From NCBI GenBank assembly GCA_002347615.1, contig DDYH01000022.1, forward strand, positions 1,578 through 65,577: 64,000 nucleotides of DNA, in the 5' to 3' direction. The stretch is from Gallionellaceae bacterium UBA2239 (GTDB taxonomy: Bacteria > Pseudomonadota > Gammaproteobacteria > Burkholderiales > UBA9220). The number at the start of each line of letters is the position of its first letter. Positions within the stretch are counted from its first letter, which is position 1. The position numbers and the translations under genes are program-made. Of the stretch, positions 37,991 through 49,391 are shown piece by piece. The notes beneath the pieces are model-generated. The model had not been told where the DNA came from and ran no database searches. It saw only the letters and a list, made by a program, of their open reading frames with translations.

Positions 37991-39325
37991 GTGGCGTCCA
38001 AAGTCTTCATCAAAACCTTCGGTTGCCAGATGAACGAGTACGACTCGGCCAAGATGGCCGACGTGCTCGCCGCCGCCGAGGGCATGGAAGCCACCGATCG
38101 GGCCGAAGAGGCCGACGTCATCCTGCTCAACACCTGCTCGGTGCGGGAAAAGGCCCAGGAGAAGGTGTTCAGCGAACTGGGCCGCATGCGCCAGCTCAAG
38201 CAGGACAATCCCAACCTGCTGATCGGCGTCGGCGGCTGCGTGGCGAGCCAGGAGGGGGATGCCATCATCGCCCGGGCGCCCTACGTGGACGTGGTGTTCG
38301 GCCCCCAGACCCTGCATCGCCTGCCGGAACTGGTGCGGGCCCGCCGTTCCTCCGGCCGCGCCCAGGTGGACGTGTCCTTCCCCGAGATCGAGAAGTTCGA
38401 CCACCTGCCCGAGTCCAAGGTGGAAGGGGCCAGCGCTTTCGTCTCCGCCATGGAAGGGTGCGGCAAGTTCTGCACCTACTGCATCGTGCCCTACACCCGG
38501 GGTGCCGAGGTGTCCCGCCCCTTCGACGACGTGATCGCCGAGGCGGTGCAGCTGGCGGAAAAAGGGGTGAAGGAAATCACCCTCCTGGGCCAGAACGTCA
38601 ACGCCTACCGGGGCGAGATGCACGACGGCTCCACCGCCGACCTGGCCTTTCTGCTGCATTACCTGGCCGAGGTGCCGGGCATCGAGCGCCTGCGCTTCAC
38701 CACCTCCCACCCCATGGAGTTCGGCCAAAGCCTGATCGACGCCTTCGCTGAAATCCCCAAGCTGTGCAATTACCTGCATCTGCCGGTGCAGTCCGGGTCG
38801 GACCGCATCCTGGCGGCCATGCGCCGGGGCTACACCACCCTGGAATACAAAAGCATCATCCGCAAGCTGCGCAAAGTGAGGCCGGACATCTCCCTCGCCT
38901 CCGACTTCATCGTCGGCTTCCCCGGCGAGACCGAAGCCGACTTCGAAGCCACCCTCAAGCTGGCAGAAGAAGTGGGCTTCGACGCCAGCTTCAGCTTCAT
39001 TTTCAGCCCCCGTCCCGGCACCCCGGCGGCGGAACTGCCGGACGACGTTTCCAGCGCAGTGAAACACCAGCGCCTCGACCGCCTGCAGGCTCAGCTCCAG
39101 CGCCAGGCGGACGCCATCAGCGCCGCCATGGTGGGCACGGTGCAGCGGGTGCTGGTGGAGCGGGTGTCGAAGAAGGATGCCCTCGAACTGGCCGGCCGCA
39201 CCGACAACAACCGGGTGGTGAACTTCGCCGGCAACCCGCGCCTCATCGGCACCCTGGTGGACGTCACCATCACTTCCGCCATGCCCCACAGCCTGCGGGG
39301 CGAGATCGTGGTGCGGGACCTGTGA
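37991..39325 (+). CDS. miaB: tRNA-2-methylthio-N6-dimethylallyladenosine synthase
   Basis: [16 protein letters not shown] and radical-SAM [11 protein letters not shown]. 444 aa. Confidence 0.9.
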   Translation: MASKVFIKTFGCQMNEYDSAKMADVLAAAEGMEATDRAEEADVILLNTCSVREKAQEKVFSELGRMRQLKQDNPNLLIGVGGCVASQEGDAIIARAPYVDVVFGPQTLHRLPELVRARRSSGRAQVDVSFPEIEKFDHLPESKVEGASAFVSAMEGCGKFCTYCIVPYTRGAEVSRPFDDVIAEAVQLAEKGVKEITLLGQNVNAYRGEMHDGSTADLAFLLHYLAEVPGIERLRFTTSHPMEFGQSLIDAFAEIPKLCNYLHLPVQSGSDRILAAMRRGYTTLEYKSIIRKLRKVRPDISLASDFIVGFPGETEADFEATLKLAEEVGFDASFSFIFSPRPGTPAAELPDDVSSAVKHQRLDRLQAQLQRQADAISAAMVGTVQRVLVERVSKKDALELAGRTDNNRVVNFAGNPRLIGTLVDVTITSAMPHSLRGEIVVRDL

Positions 39326-40278
39326 GCGTGGAGCCCATCGAGATCGAATTCCAGCCGGTGGACAACGTCCGCCTGTCCAACCTGTGCGGCGTGCTGGACG
39401 AGAACCTGCGCCAGATCGAAACCGCCCTGGACGTGACCATCGCCCGCCGCGGCGAGCGCTTCAGCGTCTACGGCGCCACCGTCCAGGGCCGGCTGGCGGT
39501 GGCGGCCCTGGAAAAATTCTACGAGCGGGCCAAGAATTCCCTGACGGTGGACGAAATCCAGCTCGGCCTGATCGAGCTCACCCAGGCCGAGCCCCTGGCC
39601 GGTGACGGCGGCGCGGTTCCGGTGCTGATGACGCGCCGCTCCGACCTCCACGGCCGCACCCCGCGCCAGAACGACTATCTGCGCCAGATCCAGGAACACG
39701 ACATTTCTTTCGGCATCGGCCCCGCCGGCACCGGCAAGACCTATCTCGCGGTGGCCAGCGCCGTGGACGCCCTGGAGCGGGACCTGGTGAAGCGCCTGGT
39801 GCTGGTGCGCCCGGCGGTGGAGGCCGGCGAGCGCCTGGGCTTCCTTCCCGGCGACCTGGCCCAGAAAGTGGACCCCTACCTGCGCCCCCTCTACGACGCC
39901 CTTTACGACCTGATGGGCTTCGACAAGGTGGGCAAGCTGTTCGAGCGCGGCACCATCGAAATCGCCCCCCTGGCCTACATGCGCGGCCGCACCCTGAACC
40001 AGGCTTTCATCATCCTGGACGAGGCCCAGAACACCACGCCGGAGCAGATGAAGATGTTCCTCACCCGCATCGGCTTCGGCGCCAAGGCGGTGGTCACCGG
40101 CGACGTGACCCAGATCGACCTGTCCCGGGGCCAGAAGAGCGGCCTGGTGGAGGCCCAGGATGTGCTGAAGGAAGTGCGGGGCATCGGCTTCACCTACTTC
40201 CAGTCCGAAGACGTGGTGCGCCATCCCCTGGTGGCACGGATCATCAATGCCTACGAAAAATTCGACAAAAAAGCCTAA
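39322..40278 (+). CDS. phoH: PhoH-like ATPase (YbeZ)
   Basis: Walker [31 protein letters not shown] start overlaps the miaB stop. miaB-phoH-ybeY-corC order. Confidence 0.85.
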   Translation: MSVEPIEIEFQPVDNVRLSNLCGVLDENLRQIETALDVTIARRGERFSVYGATVQGRLAVAALEKFYERAKNSLTVDEIQLGLIELTQAEPLAGDGGAVPVLMTRRSDLHGRTPRQNDYLRQIQEHDISFGIGPAGTGKTYLAVASAVDALERDLVKRLVLVRPAVEAGERLGFLPGDLAQKVDPYLRPLYDALYDLMGFDKVGKLFERGTIEIAPLAYMRGRTLNQAFIILDEAQNTTPEQMKMFLTRIGFGAKAVVTGDVTQIDLSRGQKSGLVEAQDVLKEVRGIGFTYFQSEDVVRHPLVARIINAYEKFDKKA

Positions 40279-40720
40279 GCTCACCCTGTCGGTGCAGTAC
40301 GCCTTCAAACCGGAAGGCGTGCCCACCCGCCCCCAATTCCGCAAATGGGCCCAGGGGGCGCTGGAACGGGATGCCGAGGTGGCGATCCGCATCGTCGGCG
40401 AGGAGGAAGGGCGGGAGCTGAACCGGGATTACCGGGGCAAGGATTACGCCACCAACGTGCTCACCTTCGTCTACGACGACCTGCCGCCGGAAGCCGGCCT
40501 GATGGGCGACCTGGTGCTGTGCGCGCCGGTGGTGGAGAAAGAGGCCCGGGAACAGGGCGTCTCCCTCGAAGCCCACTACGCCCATCTCACGGTCCACGGC
40601 GTGCTGCACCTGCAGGGCTACGACCACGAGGATGACGCCGACGCCCAAATCATGGAGAATCTGGAAAGCCGAATTGTCATGAAGTTCGGCTATGCTGATC
40701 CATACGGTGCCGAAAAGTGA
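40247..40720 (+). CDS. ybeY: rRNA maturation endoribonuclease YbeY
   Basis: Zinc motif [14 protein letters not shown]. 157 aa. Confidence 0.85.
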   Translation: MPTKNSTKKPKLTLSVQYAFKPEGVPTRPQFRKWAQGALERDAEVAIRIVGEEEGRELNRDYRGKDYATNVLTFVYDDLPPEAGLMGDLVLCAPVVEKEAREQGVSLEAHYAHLTVHGVLHLQGYDHEDDADAQIMENLESRIVMKFGYADPYGAEK

Positions 40721-40789
40721 TGGGTAAACGGATGCCGCCTTGCCGAGGCGGCATCCGTTTCTCATTACCTGGGGGCACCCCGAAAACCT

Positions 40790-41617
40790 ATGGACGACCC
40801 TGCGAAACCGGGCTGGTTTGAACGCCTCAGCGCCCTGCTGTTGCGCGAACCGGAAGACCGGGAACAGCTGGTGGAACTGCTGCATTCCGCCTACCAGCGC
40901 AACCTTCTGGACGGCGACGCCCTCACCATGATCGAAGGCGTGCTGCACGTCTCCGAAATGCAGGTGCGGGACATCATGATCCCCCGCGCCCAGATGGACG
41001 TCATCGACATCGCCGATCCCGCCGAGAAGTTCATCCCCTTCGTCATCGAGACCGCCCACTCCCGCTTCCCCGTGATCGAGGAAGGCAAGGACGACGTGCT
41101 CGGCATCCTCCTCGCCAAGGACCTGCTGCGCTACCACGCCGGCGAGGAGTTCGACGTGCGGGACATGCTGCGCCCGGCGGTGTTCATCCCCGAATCCAAG
41201 CGCCTCAACGTGCTGCTGCGGGAATTCCGCAGCAACCGCAACCACATGGCCATCGTGGTGGACGAATACGGCGGCGTGGCGGGCCTGGTGACCATCGAGG
41301 ACGTGCTGGAGCAGATCGTGGGCGAGATTGAGGACGAGTACGACTTCGACGAGGCCGGCGACAATGTCATCCGCGACCACCAGGGCCGCTTCCGGGTCAA
41401 AGCCCTGACCGAGATTGCCGATTTCAACGAAGTGATCGGCACCGAATTCTCCGACGAAGATTACGACACCGTGGGGGGGCTGGTGGTGAGCCGTTTCGGC
41501 CGCCTGCCCAAGCGGGGCGAACAGGTGGTGTTCGACGGGCTGAAATTCACCGTGTTGCGCGCCGACAGCCGGCGCTTGCATACCCTGCTGGTGGAGAAGC
41601 TGTCGGAAGAGGCCTGA
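40790..41617 (+). CDS. corC: CorC/HlyC family magnesium/cobalt efflux-associated protein
   Basis: Two CBS domains plus a CorC_HlyC C-terminal domain pattern (GRFRVKALTEIADFNE...GLKFTVLRADSRRLHTLLV). Confidence 0.85.
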   Translation: MDDPAKPGWFERLSALLLREPEDREQLVELLHSAYQRNLLDGDALTMIEGVLHVSEMQVRDIMIPRAQMDVIDIADPAEKFIPFVIETAHSRFPVIEEGKDDVLGILLAKDLLRYHAGEEFDVRDMLRPAVFIPESKRLNVLLREFRSNRNHMAIVVDEYGGVAGLVTIEDVLEQIVGEIEDEYDFDEAGDNVIRDHQGRFRVKALTEIADFNEVIGTEFSDEDYDTVGGLVVSRFGRLPKRGEQVVFDGLKFTVLRADSRRLHTLLVEKLSEEA

Positions 41618-41673
41618 TTCCCCTCTCCCACCCTGGGGTAGAATGAGCGCCAACAATAAATCACGGGGGGGCG

Positions 41674-42537
41674 ATGAGCGGCGCAACAGGGATGCCCGTT
41701 CGTGAAGAATGGCTGCTAGGCATCAGCGGGGGAACCGCCCTGCTGTTTTTCTTTGACGGCGATGCGCTAGTCGCCGACCTGTCCAATCCCCTTTGGCTGG
41801 CCCTGCTCCTCGGCGGCTTGCGCCACCGGGAGCAGCAGTACAACCTGCAGGGGGCCAACGCCTACCTGAGCGTCATCATTCCCCTTGCCGTCTTCGGCCT
41901 GATCCTGCCCAATTTCACCGTTTCCACCGAGGGGCCCACCCTCTTCCGGGTACAGGAGATTTTCCTGGTCCTGATGTCCCTCGGCCTCTACGGCACCTTT
42001 CTGGCCATCCAGACCAATCGCCACAAATCTTTCTTCATGCTCGAGGACGAAGGCGGCGAAAAGGATCACGAGCATCGGGTGACCCGCTCGATCCCGTTCC
42101 ATGGGGCGCTGCTGATGGCCTATCTGCTGCCGATGGTCTATCTGGCGGAAAAACTGGCCCTGCCCATCGACCACGGCATCGAGATCCTGCACGCGCCGGT
42201 GGCCCTGGGGGGCGTGGCCGTCGCCCTGCTGGTGGCGACGCCGGAGTCCATCGGCGCGGTGCGGGCGGCCCTGGCCAACAATCTGCAGCGCTCGGTGAAC
42301 ATCCTGCCGGGTTCGGTGCTGTCCACCATCGGGTTGACCATCCCTGCCGTGTTGACCATCAGCCTTGTCACCGGCAATCCGGTGGTCCCGGGTTTGCAGA
42401 ACGCGGATTTCGTCATGCTGCTGCTGTCCCTGGCCGTGAGCGTGGTGACCTTCGCCAGCGGCCGCACCAACGTCCTCCAGGGCACGGTGCATTTGCTGCT
42501 GTTCCTGGCCTATCTGCTGTTCATCTTCGCGCGCTGA
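41674..42537 (+). pseudogene. ChaA-like calcium/proton antiporter, apparently with an in-frame internal deletion
   Basis: GGLRHREQQYNLQGANAYL and the second alpha-repeat (LLVATPESIGAV) are present. The first alpha-repeat region expected after the first TM segment is missing. At 287 aa it is shorter than the ~360 aa I recall for this family. Confidence 0.45.
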
Positions 42538-42915
42538 GCGTCCGGGTGCGAAAAAGCCGGGGCGACCCGGCTGTTTTATGCATAGACGTCGATATGGCTG
42601 CCCGGCGGCGGGGGCGGGTTCGGCGGCAGGGCGGCCGGCGGGGCACCGGACGGCTGGGCGAAGGCATGGTTGCCGGGGCCCTGTTCCGGCGCGGCGGAGG
42701 CCCCTGCGGTGGCGGCTCCCGAGGGCTTGGGCGGCGCGAAGCGGTTGGACGCCTGGGGCGGATGCTCCTGCTGCGGAAGCCGCATCAGCGAGGCGTAGGC
42801 GTGGGGGTTGTCGGTAAGGGGTCTGCTGAACATCGAATGGCCGTGGCAATAGGTGCACCCGCGGCGAATTCTAGCAAGGGGATTCGGGGTGTTCAACCAC
42901 CCCGAAAGTATGGTT

Positions 42916-43296
42916 TTAGGCGGCCTGGACCGGAATCTGGTGGCGGCGGTTGACGATGCGGTTGTTCTCGTCCACGTACACCAGGGTGGGCTCGAACTTC
43001 TGCAATTCCAGCTCGTTGTAGATGGCGTAGGTGGCGATGATGATGAGGTCGCCCGGGTCGGCCTTGTGGGCGGCGGCGCCGTTCACCGAGATGACGCCGG
43101 AGTCGCGCTCGGCGCGGATGGCGTAGGTGGTGAAGCGCTCGCCGTTGGTGATGTTGTAGATTTCGATCTGCTGGTATTCGCGGATGTCGGCGGCCTCCAG
43201 CAGGGTCTCGTCGATGGCGCACGAGCCCTCGTAGTGCAACTCCGAGTGGGTTACACGAACGCGGTGAAGCTTGGATTTGAGCATGGTGCGTTGCAT
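42916..43296 (-). CDS. panD: Aspartate 1-decarboxylase
   Basis: [33 protein letters not shown] includes the self-processing G-S site. 126 aa. Confidence 0.9.
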   Translation of the reverse strand: MQRTMLKSKLHRVRVTHSELHYEGSCAIDETLLEAADIREYQQIEIYNITNGERFTTYAIRAERDSGVISVNGAAAHKADPGDLIIIATYAIYNELELQKFEPTLVYVDENNRIVNRRHQIPVQAA

Positions 43297-43389
43297 GAGG
43301 CGCTCTCTCCGGGTTCTGACGAAAAAGGGAATGTATTATACATAAGGCCTTGCGGCACTGCCAAATAGACCGTCCGGCGCGGCGTGAGT

Positions 43390-45054
43390 TCAGGTCTCGG
43401 GGGTGTTTCCCGCCGCCAGGGGGAGGCGCACTACGAACTCCGCGCCGCCGGGAAGGTTGCGGGCTTCGATGCTTCCCGCCATGTGGGTTTCGAGGATGGT
43501 GCGCGTCATGGAAAGGCCGAGGCCGGTGCCTTCCTCCTTGGTGGTGAAAAACGGCTCGAAAATTTTCGGCAGCACTTCTTCCGGGATGCCGCCGCCGTTG
43601 TCCCGCACCGTCAGACGTGCGGCGCCGTCGTCGCGGTCGAGGGCGATGTCGATTTTTCCGTCGAGGCCCTGGCGGGCGGAGATGGCCTGTTGGGCGTTGT
43701 TGATCAGGTTCACCAGCACCTGGGAAAGCTCATTGGAATAACCCCAGACCTGAAGATCCTCGTCGGCGTGGAGCGCCACGGCGATACTCCGGTCCCCCAG
43801 AGCGGCGGAGGTGAGGCTGAGGGCCTCGGCCACGGCGGCTTTCAGGGAGAAGGCGGTTTTCTCCCGGTGGGGGCGGAAGAAGTTGCGGAAGTCGTCGATG
43901 GTCTGGGACATTTTCTGGATCAGGCGCCGGGAGTCCACGGCGTAGCCGTCCATTTTGTCTTGGGTCAGTTCGTTGAAGGCGCAGTCGTCCTGGATGTTGG
44001 CGATGGTCAGGCTCAGGGCGTTGAGGGGCTGGCGCCACTGGTGGGCGATGTTGCCGATCATTTCCCCCATTTCGGCGAAGCGGGACTGCTGGACCAGCAT
44101 CAGGTCCTTCTCCCGACCCAGGGCCACTTCCCGCTGGATCCGCTGCTCCAGGGTGGCGTTCAGTTCCTCCAGCTGCCGCGACCGTTCGGCCAGTTCCCGC
44201 TGCAAGGTCAGTTCCCGCAGTTGCGCCAGAATGAAGCGCCACGGCAGGGCGACGAATGCCAGCAGCAGCCCGATCTCCAGGGCCAGCGGCAGGGGGTCGG
44301 TCCACCCGCCTTTGGGGACGACGCTCAATTGCCAAGCCTCGTTCGGCCCCTCCACCTTGGCGCTTACGGCCGCGCCAAAGTCCCCTTCGGGGGCGTTGGT
44401 CGCAATCACCGCGCCGTTCTTGGCGAGCCGGTAGTGGTAGCCTTGGGCTTCGAGGGCTTTCAGGTCCACGGATTCCAGAAAGCGCTGGGTCAGGATGAGG
44501 GAGTTTATGAAGCCCCAGAAGCGCTCCTTGCCGTCGTCGTCCCGCAGAAAGACCGGTAGCCGAACGATCATGCCGTTGCCGCCCTGGCGCAGGTTCACCG
44601 GACCGGTGAGGGTCAGTTTCCGGCTGCGGATGGCGCGCAGGGCGTCTTCCCGGCGCTTGGGGTCGGCCAGCAGGTTGTGGCCGATGGCGCCTTCGCTGCC
44701 CGCCAGGGGGTGGATCTGGGACACCACCCCGCCGGGGGCCAGTTGCAGGTTCTGGATCACGCCCTGGTGGTAGCGCAACAGTTCGTCCGCCACCAGGTCG
44801 AAGTCGGAAACCTGTCCATGGCCCTGGCGCACCATGGCGGCCAGGGCATAGTTGGCCGAGACGGTGGCGTAGAAGCGCTCTTCGATGGCATGGGTGTATT
44901 CCCCTGCCTTGGCCAGGGCGATTTGCCGGGCCTGTGAGGAGCGGACGGATTCCAGCTGGATGATGGAGAAAACGCCGATGGCTGCGATCGAGGCGATGAC
45001 GAGAATTCCGATCAGCCGTTCCCTCAGCGCCAAGCGCGGTTTTGCTGTCTTCAT
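43390..45054 (-). CDS. Sensor histidine kinase with an extracytoplasmic CHASE-like domain
   Basis: Two TM segments flank a ~250 aa sensor domain. H-box IAHQWRQPLNAL. HATPase motifs DNGGGIP and GTGLGL. No response regulator is adjacent. Confidence 0.8.
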   Translation of the reverse strand: MKTAKPRLALRERLIGILVIASIAAIGVFSIIQLESVRSSQARQIALAKAGEYTHAIEERFYATVSANYALAAMVRQGHGQVSDFDLVADELLRYHQGVIQNLQLAPGGVVSQIHPLAGSEGAIGHNLLADPKRREDALRAIRSRKLTLTGPVNLRQGGNGMIVRLPVFLRDDDGKERFWGFINSLILTQRFLESVDLKALEAQGYHYRLAKNGAVIATNAPEGDFGAAVSAKVEGPNEAWQLSVVPKGGWTDPLPLALEIGLLLAFVALPWRFILAQLRELTLQRELAERSRQLEELNATLEQRIQREVALGREKDLMLVQQSRFAEMGEMIGNIAHQWRQPLNALSLTIANIQDDCAFNELTQDKMDGYAVDSRRLIQKMSQTIDDFRNFFRPHREKTAFSLKAAVAEALSLTSAALGDRSIAVALHADEDLQVWGYSNELSQVLVNLINNAQQAISARQGLDGKIDIALDRDDGAARLTVRDNGGGIPEEVLPKIFEPFFTTKEEGTGLGLSMTRTILETHMAGSIEARNLPGGAEFVVRLPLAAGNTPET

Positions 45055-45057
45055 GGT

Positions 45058-45939
45058 TCAACTATAGACGCAGACCCGCGCGGCGGGCGAGGGGCGCGCC
45101 GCGTCAGGTGTGGTGCGGAATTCCAGGTTGTCAATCAGGCGGGTCTTGCCCAGCCAGGCGGCGGCCAGGGCCACCAGCCGGGTTTCGCCGGCAACGGGGG
45201 GGAGCAGGGTGTCGGCGCTGCGCACCGTGAAGTAGTCCACCCGCCAGCCGGAACCCTCCAGGTCCTGCCGGGCCGCCTGTTCCAGGGCGGCAAAATCCCG
45301 GCTGCCTCCCTCGACGGCTTCTCGGGTGTAGCGCAGGTTGCGGTTCAAGCGCACCGCTTCGGCCCGTTCCTCCGGCGTCAGGTAGCCGTTGCGGGAGGAC
45401 AGGGCGAGTCCGTCTTCGGCCCGGGCGGTTTCGCCGGCGACGATGGTGATGGGCAGGTTCAGTTGGCGCACCATTTCCCGGATGATGAACAGCTGCTGGT
45501 AGTCCTTCTGGCCGAACACCGCCGCCTGGGGCCGGACCAGGTTGAACAGCTTCAGCACCACGGTGGCCACGCCGCGGAAGTGGCCGGGGCGGAAGGCGCC
45601 GCACAGTTGCTGGGCCACCGGCGGCGGTTCGACGAAGATTTCCTGGGGCACCGGGTACATCTCCGCCACCGGGGGGGCGAAGACCACGTCCGCCAGCCCT
45701 TCCAGCCTGGCGCAGTCGGCTTCCAGGGTGCGGGGGTAGGTGTCGAAATCCTCGCCGGGGCCGAACTGGATCGGGTTGACGAAAATGCTCGCCGCCACGC
45801 AGCGGCCGTGCTCCCGGGCCTGGCGCACCAGGGACACGTGGCCTTCATGGAGATTGCCCATGGTGGGGACGAAGGCGACGGAGGATTCGTTTGCCAGCCG
45901 CGCCCGCAGGCCGGCGGCGTCGTGGATCAGCTCGGTCAT
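45058..45939 (-). CDS. panC: Pantoate--beta-alanine ligase
   Basis: [15 protein letters not shown] and FGQKDYQQ motifs. ATG at 45939 overlaps the panB stop. The track ORF is extended spuriously. Confidence 0.9.
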   Translation of the reverse strand: MTELIHDAAGLRARLANESSVAFVPTMGNLHEGHVSLVRQAREHGRCVAASIFVNPIQFGPGEDFDTYPRTLEADCARLEGLADVVFAPPVAEMYPVPQEIFVEPPPVAQQLCGAFRPGHFRGVATVVLKLFNLVRPQAAVFGQKDYQQLFIIREMVRQLNLPITIVAGETARAEDGLALSSRNGYLTPEERAEAVRLNRNLRYTREAVEGGSRDFAALEQAARQDLEGSGWRVDYFTVRSADTLLPPVAGETRLVALAAAWLGKTRLIDNLEFRTTPDAARPSPAARVCVYS

Positions 45940-46736
45940 TTGAAGCAGTGCTCCGGGGCGGGGAAGGCGCCGCTTTTCACCTCGCCCACATAGCTTTCCA
46001 GGGCGGCGGAAATACTGGCGGCGCCGGCCATGAAGTTCTTCACGAAGCGGGGCGCCTTGCCGGGGTAGATGCCCAGCATGTCGTGCATCACCAGCACCTG
46101 GCCGGCGCAGCCCGGGCCGGCGCCGATGCCGACGGTGGGGATGGAAACGGCGGCGGTGGCCGCCTCCGCCAGCGCCGAGGGAATGGCTTCCAGCACGACC
46201 ATGCCGGCGCCGGCCTGCTCCAGGGCGGCGGCGTCTTCCAGCAGTTGCCGGGCGGCATCCTCGCTCTTGCCCTGCACCTTGTAGCCCCCCAGCTGGTTCA
46301 CCGACTGGGGGGTGAGGCCCAGGTGGCCGCAGACCGGGATGCCGCGCTGGGTGAGGAAGGCCACCGTATCCAGCATCACCTCGCCCCCCTCCAGCTTCAC
46401 CATGTGGGCGCCGGCGGCCATCAGGCGGGCGGCGTTGGCGAAGGCCTGCTGGGGATGCTCCTGGTAGGTGCCGAAGGGCATGTCGGCGACGATGAAGGCG
46501 TTCTTTGCGCCACGGGCGACGCAGGCGGTATGGTATTCCATGTCCTGCTGGCTCACCGGCAGGGTGGAGTCGTGGCCCTGGAGCACCATGCCGAGGGAGT
46601 CCCCCACCAGCAGGACTTCCACCCCGGCCTTTTCCATCAGGGCGGCGAAGCTCGCGTCGTAGCAGGTGAGGACGGCGATCTTTTCGCCGTCCGCGGCCAT
46701 CTTGCGCAGGGTGTCGAGGGTGATGCGTGAAGTCAT
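45936..46736 (-). CDS. panB: 3-methyl-2-oxobutanoate hydroxymethyltransferase
   Basis: [29 protein letters not shown] and VKLEGG motifs. 266 aa. Confidence 0.9.
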   Translation of the reverse strand: MTSRITLDTLRKMAADGEKIAVLTCYDASFAALMEKAGVEVLLVGDSLGMVLQGHDSTLPVSQQDMEYHTACVARGAKNAFIVADMPFGTYQEHPQQAFANAARLMAAGAHMVKLEGGEVMLDTVAFLTQRGIPVCGHLGLTPQSVNQLGGYKVQGKSEDAARQLLEDAAALEQAGAGMVVLEAIPSALAEAATAAVSIPTVGIGAGPGCAGQVLVMHDMLGIYPGKAPRFVKNFMAGAASISAALESYVGEVKSGAFPAPEHCFK

Positions 46737-46752
46737 GGGTTAAAACCTTTTT

Positions 46753-46825
46753 CGCCGCCAAGGGCGGCAGGAAAGCTAACTATAAACGATGGGATGGCGG
46801 ATAAGAAACCTGGCGCCTTGGCGGC
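46753..46825. repeat. Palindromic intergenic repeat, family 2 (shorter arms)
   Basis: cgccgccaagggcg ... ctggcgccttggcggc followed by taaag. Lies between panB and the kinase gene. Confidence 0.6.
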
Positions 46826-46833
46826 TAAAGCAT

Positions 46834-47475
46834 TTACTCCGCCCGGTTGAAGAATTCCCGCCCGCCGCGCATCCGGCCGATGCGCTCCACCAGCAGGTCG
46901 AAGTCCTGGGGCCGGTCGACGATGTTGAGGTGGGCGTTGTTGACGATCAGCAGCGGGGAGGCGTCGTAATGGTAGAAGAACTCGCTGTAGCTGTTGGCCA
47001 GCTTGGCCAGATAGCTTTCGCCGATTTCCTGCTCGTAGGCAATGGCCCGCTGGCGCACGCGCTCCGCCAGCACGTTGGGGGGGGCCTGGAGGTAGATCAC
47101 CAGGTCCGGGGTCGGCGCCTGGGGACGCATGTGCTGGTAGATCTGCTGGTACAGGGCATATTCGTCGTCCCCCAGGTTGAGCTTGGCGAACAGGGGGTCC
47201 TTTTCCAGGAAGAAGTCGGACACCGTGGCGTGGCCGAACAGGTCCATCTGCTTCAGTTCCCGCACCTGGTTCATGCGCTGGAACAGGAAGAACAGCTGGG
47301 CGGACAGGGCGTGGCGCTTGGGGTCTTCGTAGAAGCGGGGGAGAAAGGGGTTGGCGTCGGCGTTTTCCAGCAGCAGGCCGGCCTGGAAGCGTTCGGCGAG
47401 CTTCTTCGCCAGGCTGGTCTTGCCGGTGCCGATGGGGCCTTCGACGACGATGTAGCGGTAGCGGTCAAACAACAT
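46834..47475 (-). CDS. Deoxynucleoside kinase family protein
   Basis: P-loop VEGPIGTGKTSLAKKL and the dNK-type ERF...NPFLPRFY pattern. Confidence 0.8.
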   Translation of the reverse strand: MLFDRYRYIVVEGPIGTGKTSLAKKLAERFQAGLLLENADANPFLPRFYEDPKRHALSAQLFFLFQRMNQVRELKQMDLFGHATVSDFFLEKDPLFAKLNLGDDEYALYQQIYQHMRPQAPTPDLVIYLQAPPNVLAERVRQRAIAYEQEIGESYLAKLANSYSEFFYHYDASPLLIVNNAHLNIVDRPQDFDLLVERIGRMRGGREFFNRAE

Positions 47476-47977
47476 CGGGTTCTAACGCCGTGGCGGGGAG
47501 CTTTTCCAGCCGCTGGTCCTCGCAGTTGTAGAGCAATCCGGCCGCCGGCCCGACGCCGGGGACGACGCAGTCCGGGGCGATTTCCAGCAGGGGCCGAAGC
47601 ACGAAGGCCCGGTCCCCGATGCGGGGATGGGGCAGGGTCAGCCCCGGCTCGTGCACCATCAGGCCGTCGTACAGCAGGATATCCAGGTCCAGGGTGCGGG
47701 GGCCGTTGAGGAAATCCCGCACCCGGCCATGGCGATGCTCCATATCCAATAGCGCCTCCAGCAGTTGCCGGGGCGACAGGCCGGTTTCGATTTCCGCCAC
47801 GGCATTGATGAAATCCGGCTGGTCGGTGTAGCCCAGGGGGGCGCTGCGGTAAAGGGAGGAGCGGGCCACCAGGCGGGTGGACGGCAGGGTATCCAGTTCG
47901 TCGAAGGTCCCCAGGAGCAGGAATTCGGAGTCGCCGAGGTTGCTGCCCAGGCCGATGAAGGCGCGGATTGTCGCCAT
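47465..47977 (-). CDS. folK: 2-amino-4-hydroxy-6-hydroxymethyldihydropteridine diphosphokinase
   Basis: AFIGLGSNLGD, NAV, RTLDLDILLY and LTLPHPR motifs. Confidence 0.9.
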   Translation of the reverse strand: MATIRAFIGLGSNLGDSEFLLLGTFDELDTLPSTRLVARSSLYRSAPLGYTDQPDFINAVAEIETGLSPRQLLEALLDMEHRHGRVRDFLNGPRTLDLDILLYDGLMVHEPGLTLPHPRIGDRAFVLRPLLEIAPDCVVPGVGPAAGLLYNCEDQRLEKLPATALEPDVV

Positions 47978-47980
47978 GGC

Positions 47981-49333
47981 TCAGTCCGCCGCCGGGGGCG
48001 TGTCTCCTTCGCCGTCGCCCCCGGGCTTGCGCTTGCGGCGCCGGCGCTTCTTGGCGGCGGGGGCCTCGTCCCGCACCAGCATGGCCTCGCGCTGGTCGGG
48101 GTCGGCGTCCATGAAGCGTTCCCACCAGCGCAGCAGCTCCATGTCCAGCTCGCCGCTTTCGCAGCGCAGCAGGAAGAAGTCGAAGCAGGCGCGGAAGCGG
48201 GGGTGCTCCAGCAGGCGGAAAGGCCGCTGGCCGGAGCGCATCTGGAAGCGGGGCTGCATGCTCCAGATTTCCTTCATGGTGGCGTCGAAGCGGCGCGGGA
48301 TGGCGAGTTTCTTGTCCTGGGCGGCCAGCACCTCGTTCATGGCCTGGTTCAGGGCGGGGAAGGGCTTCATGCCCTGGGCCTGGAGGCCCTGCCAGGCGGC
48401 CAGCACCTCGTGCCACAGCAGGGTGGCGAAGAGGAAGGCGGGGGACACCGGCTTGTCCTGGGCCACGCGCTGGTCGGTGTTCTTCAGGGCGAGGGAGATG
48501 AAGCGCTCGCCGCCGGGCTGTTCCAGGATGGTGTCGAGCAGGGGCAGCAGGCCGTGGTGCAGGCCCTCGGCCCGCAGCTGGTGCACGCCGCGCAGGGCGT
48601 GGCCGGAAAACAGCAGCTTGAGCATCTCGTCGAACAGGCGGGAACTGGGCACGTGCTGCAGCAGGGGCCCCAGCTTGGCCACCGGGGCGCGGGTGGCGGG
48701 GTCGATGTGGAAGTCGAAGCGGGCGGCGAAGCGCACCGCCCGCAGCATCCGCACCGGGTCTTCGCGGAAGCGCTTTTCCGGCTCGCCGATGATGCGCAGG
48801 CGCTTGTCCTTGATGTCGTTCATGCCGCCGTGGTAGTCCCGCACCTCTTCGGTGGCCGGGTCGTAGTACAGGGCGTTGACGGTGAAGTCCCGCCGCACCG
48901 CGTCTTCCTCCAGGGTGCCGAACACGTTGTCGCGCACGATGCGGCCGGTTTCGTCCTCGTGGCGGTCGCCGCCCTCGTCGGTGGCGGAGCCGCGGAAGGT
49001 GGTGACTTCGATGGTTTCCGCCCCGCACATGACGTGGACGATCTGGAAGCGGCGGCCGATGATGCGGGAGCGGCGGAACAGGGCGCGCACCTCGTCCGGC
49101 TCGGCGTTGGTGGCGACGTCGAAATCCTTGGGCTCCCGGCCCAGCATCAGGTCCCGCACCGCGCCGCCCACCACGTAGGCCTCGTAGCCGGCGTCCTGCA
49201 GGGTGTCGGTGACCTTGAGGGCGCAGGGCGAAATGCTGTCACGGGTGATGCCGTGGGCCTTGACCGGGATGGTGCGGGGTTTCTTGCCGAATTTCGGCGC
49301 CTTCAGGACGCGCCGGATCAGTTTGGCGATCAT
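47981..49333 (-). CDS. pcnB: Poly(A) polymerase I
   Basis: YVVGGAVRDLMLGREPKDFDVATNA nucleotidyltransferase head plus a basic C-terminal tail. folK lies downstream, as is usual. Confidence 0.9.
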   Translation of the reverse strand: MIAKLIRRVLKAPKFGKKPRTIPVKAHGITRDSISPCALKVTDTLQDAGYEAYVVGGAVRDLMLGREPKDFDVATNAEPDEVRALFRRSRIIGRRFQIVHVMCGAETIEVTTFRGSATDEGGDRHEDETGRIVRDNVFGTLEEDAVRRDFTVNALYYDPATEEVRDYHGGMNDIKDKRLRIIGEPEKRFREDPVRMLRAVRFAARFDFHIDPATRAPVAKLGPLLQHVPSSRLFDEMLKLLFSGHALRGVHQLRAEGLHHGLLPLLDTILEQPGGERFISLALKNTDQRVAQDKPVSPAFLFATLLWHEVLAAWQGLQAQGMKPFPALNQAMNEVLAAQDKKLAIPRRFDATMKEIWSMQPRFQMRSGQRPFRLLEHPRFRACFDFFLLRCESGELDMELLRWWERFMDADPDQREAMLVRDEAPAAKKRRRRKRKPGGDGEGDTPPAAD

Positions 49334-49391
49334 GCTGGGAAGTGGGGATGGTGGAACGGGTTTGCCGCGTAAAGGTTAAACATGGAGCCAA

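Noticed and set aside
42576-42896. 106-aa minus-strand ORF between the chaA-like gene and panD (Pro/Ala-rich, ...PPNPPPPPGSHIDVYA).
   Set aside because: Low-complexity composition, no recognisable motif or clear RBS. It could be a real small protein, but I cannot support it.
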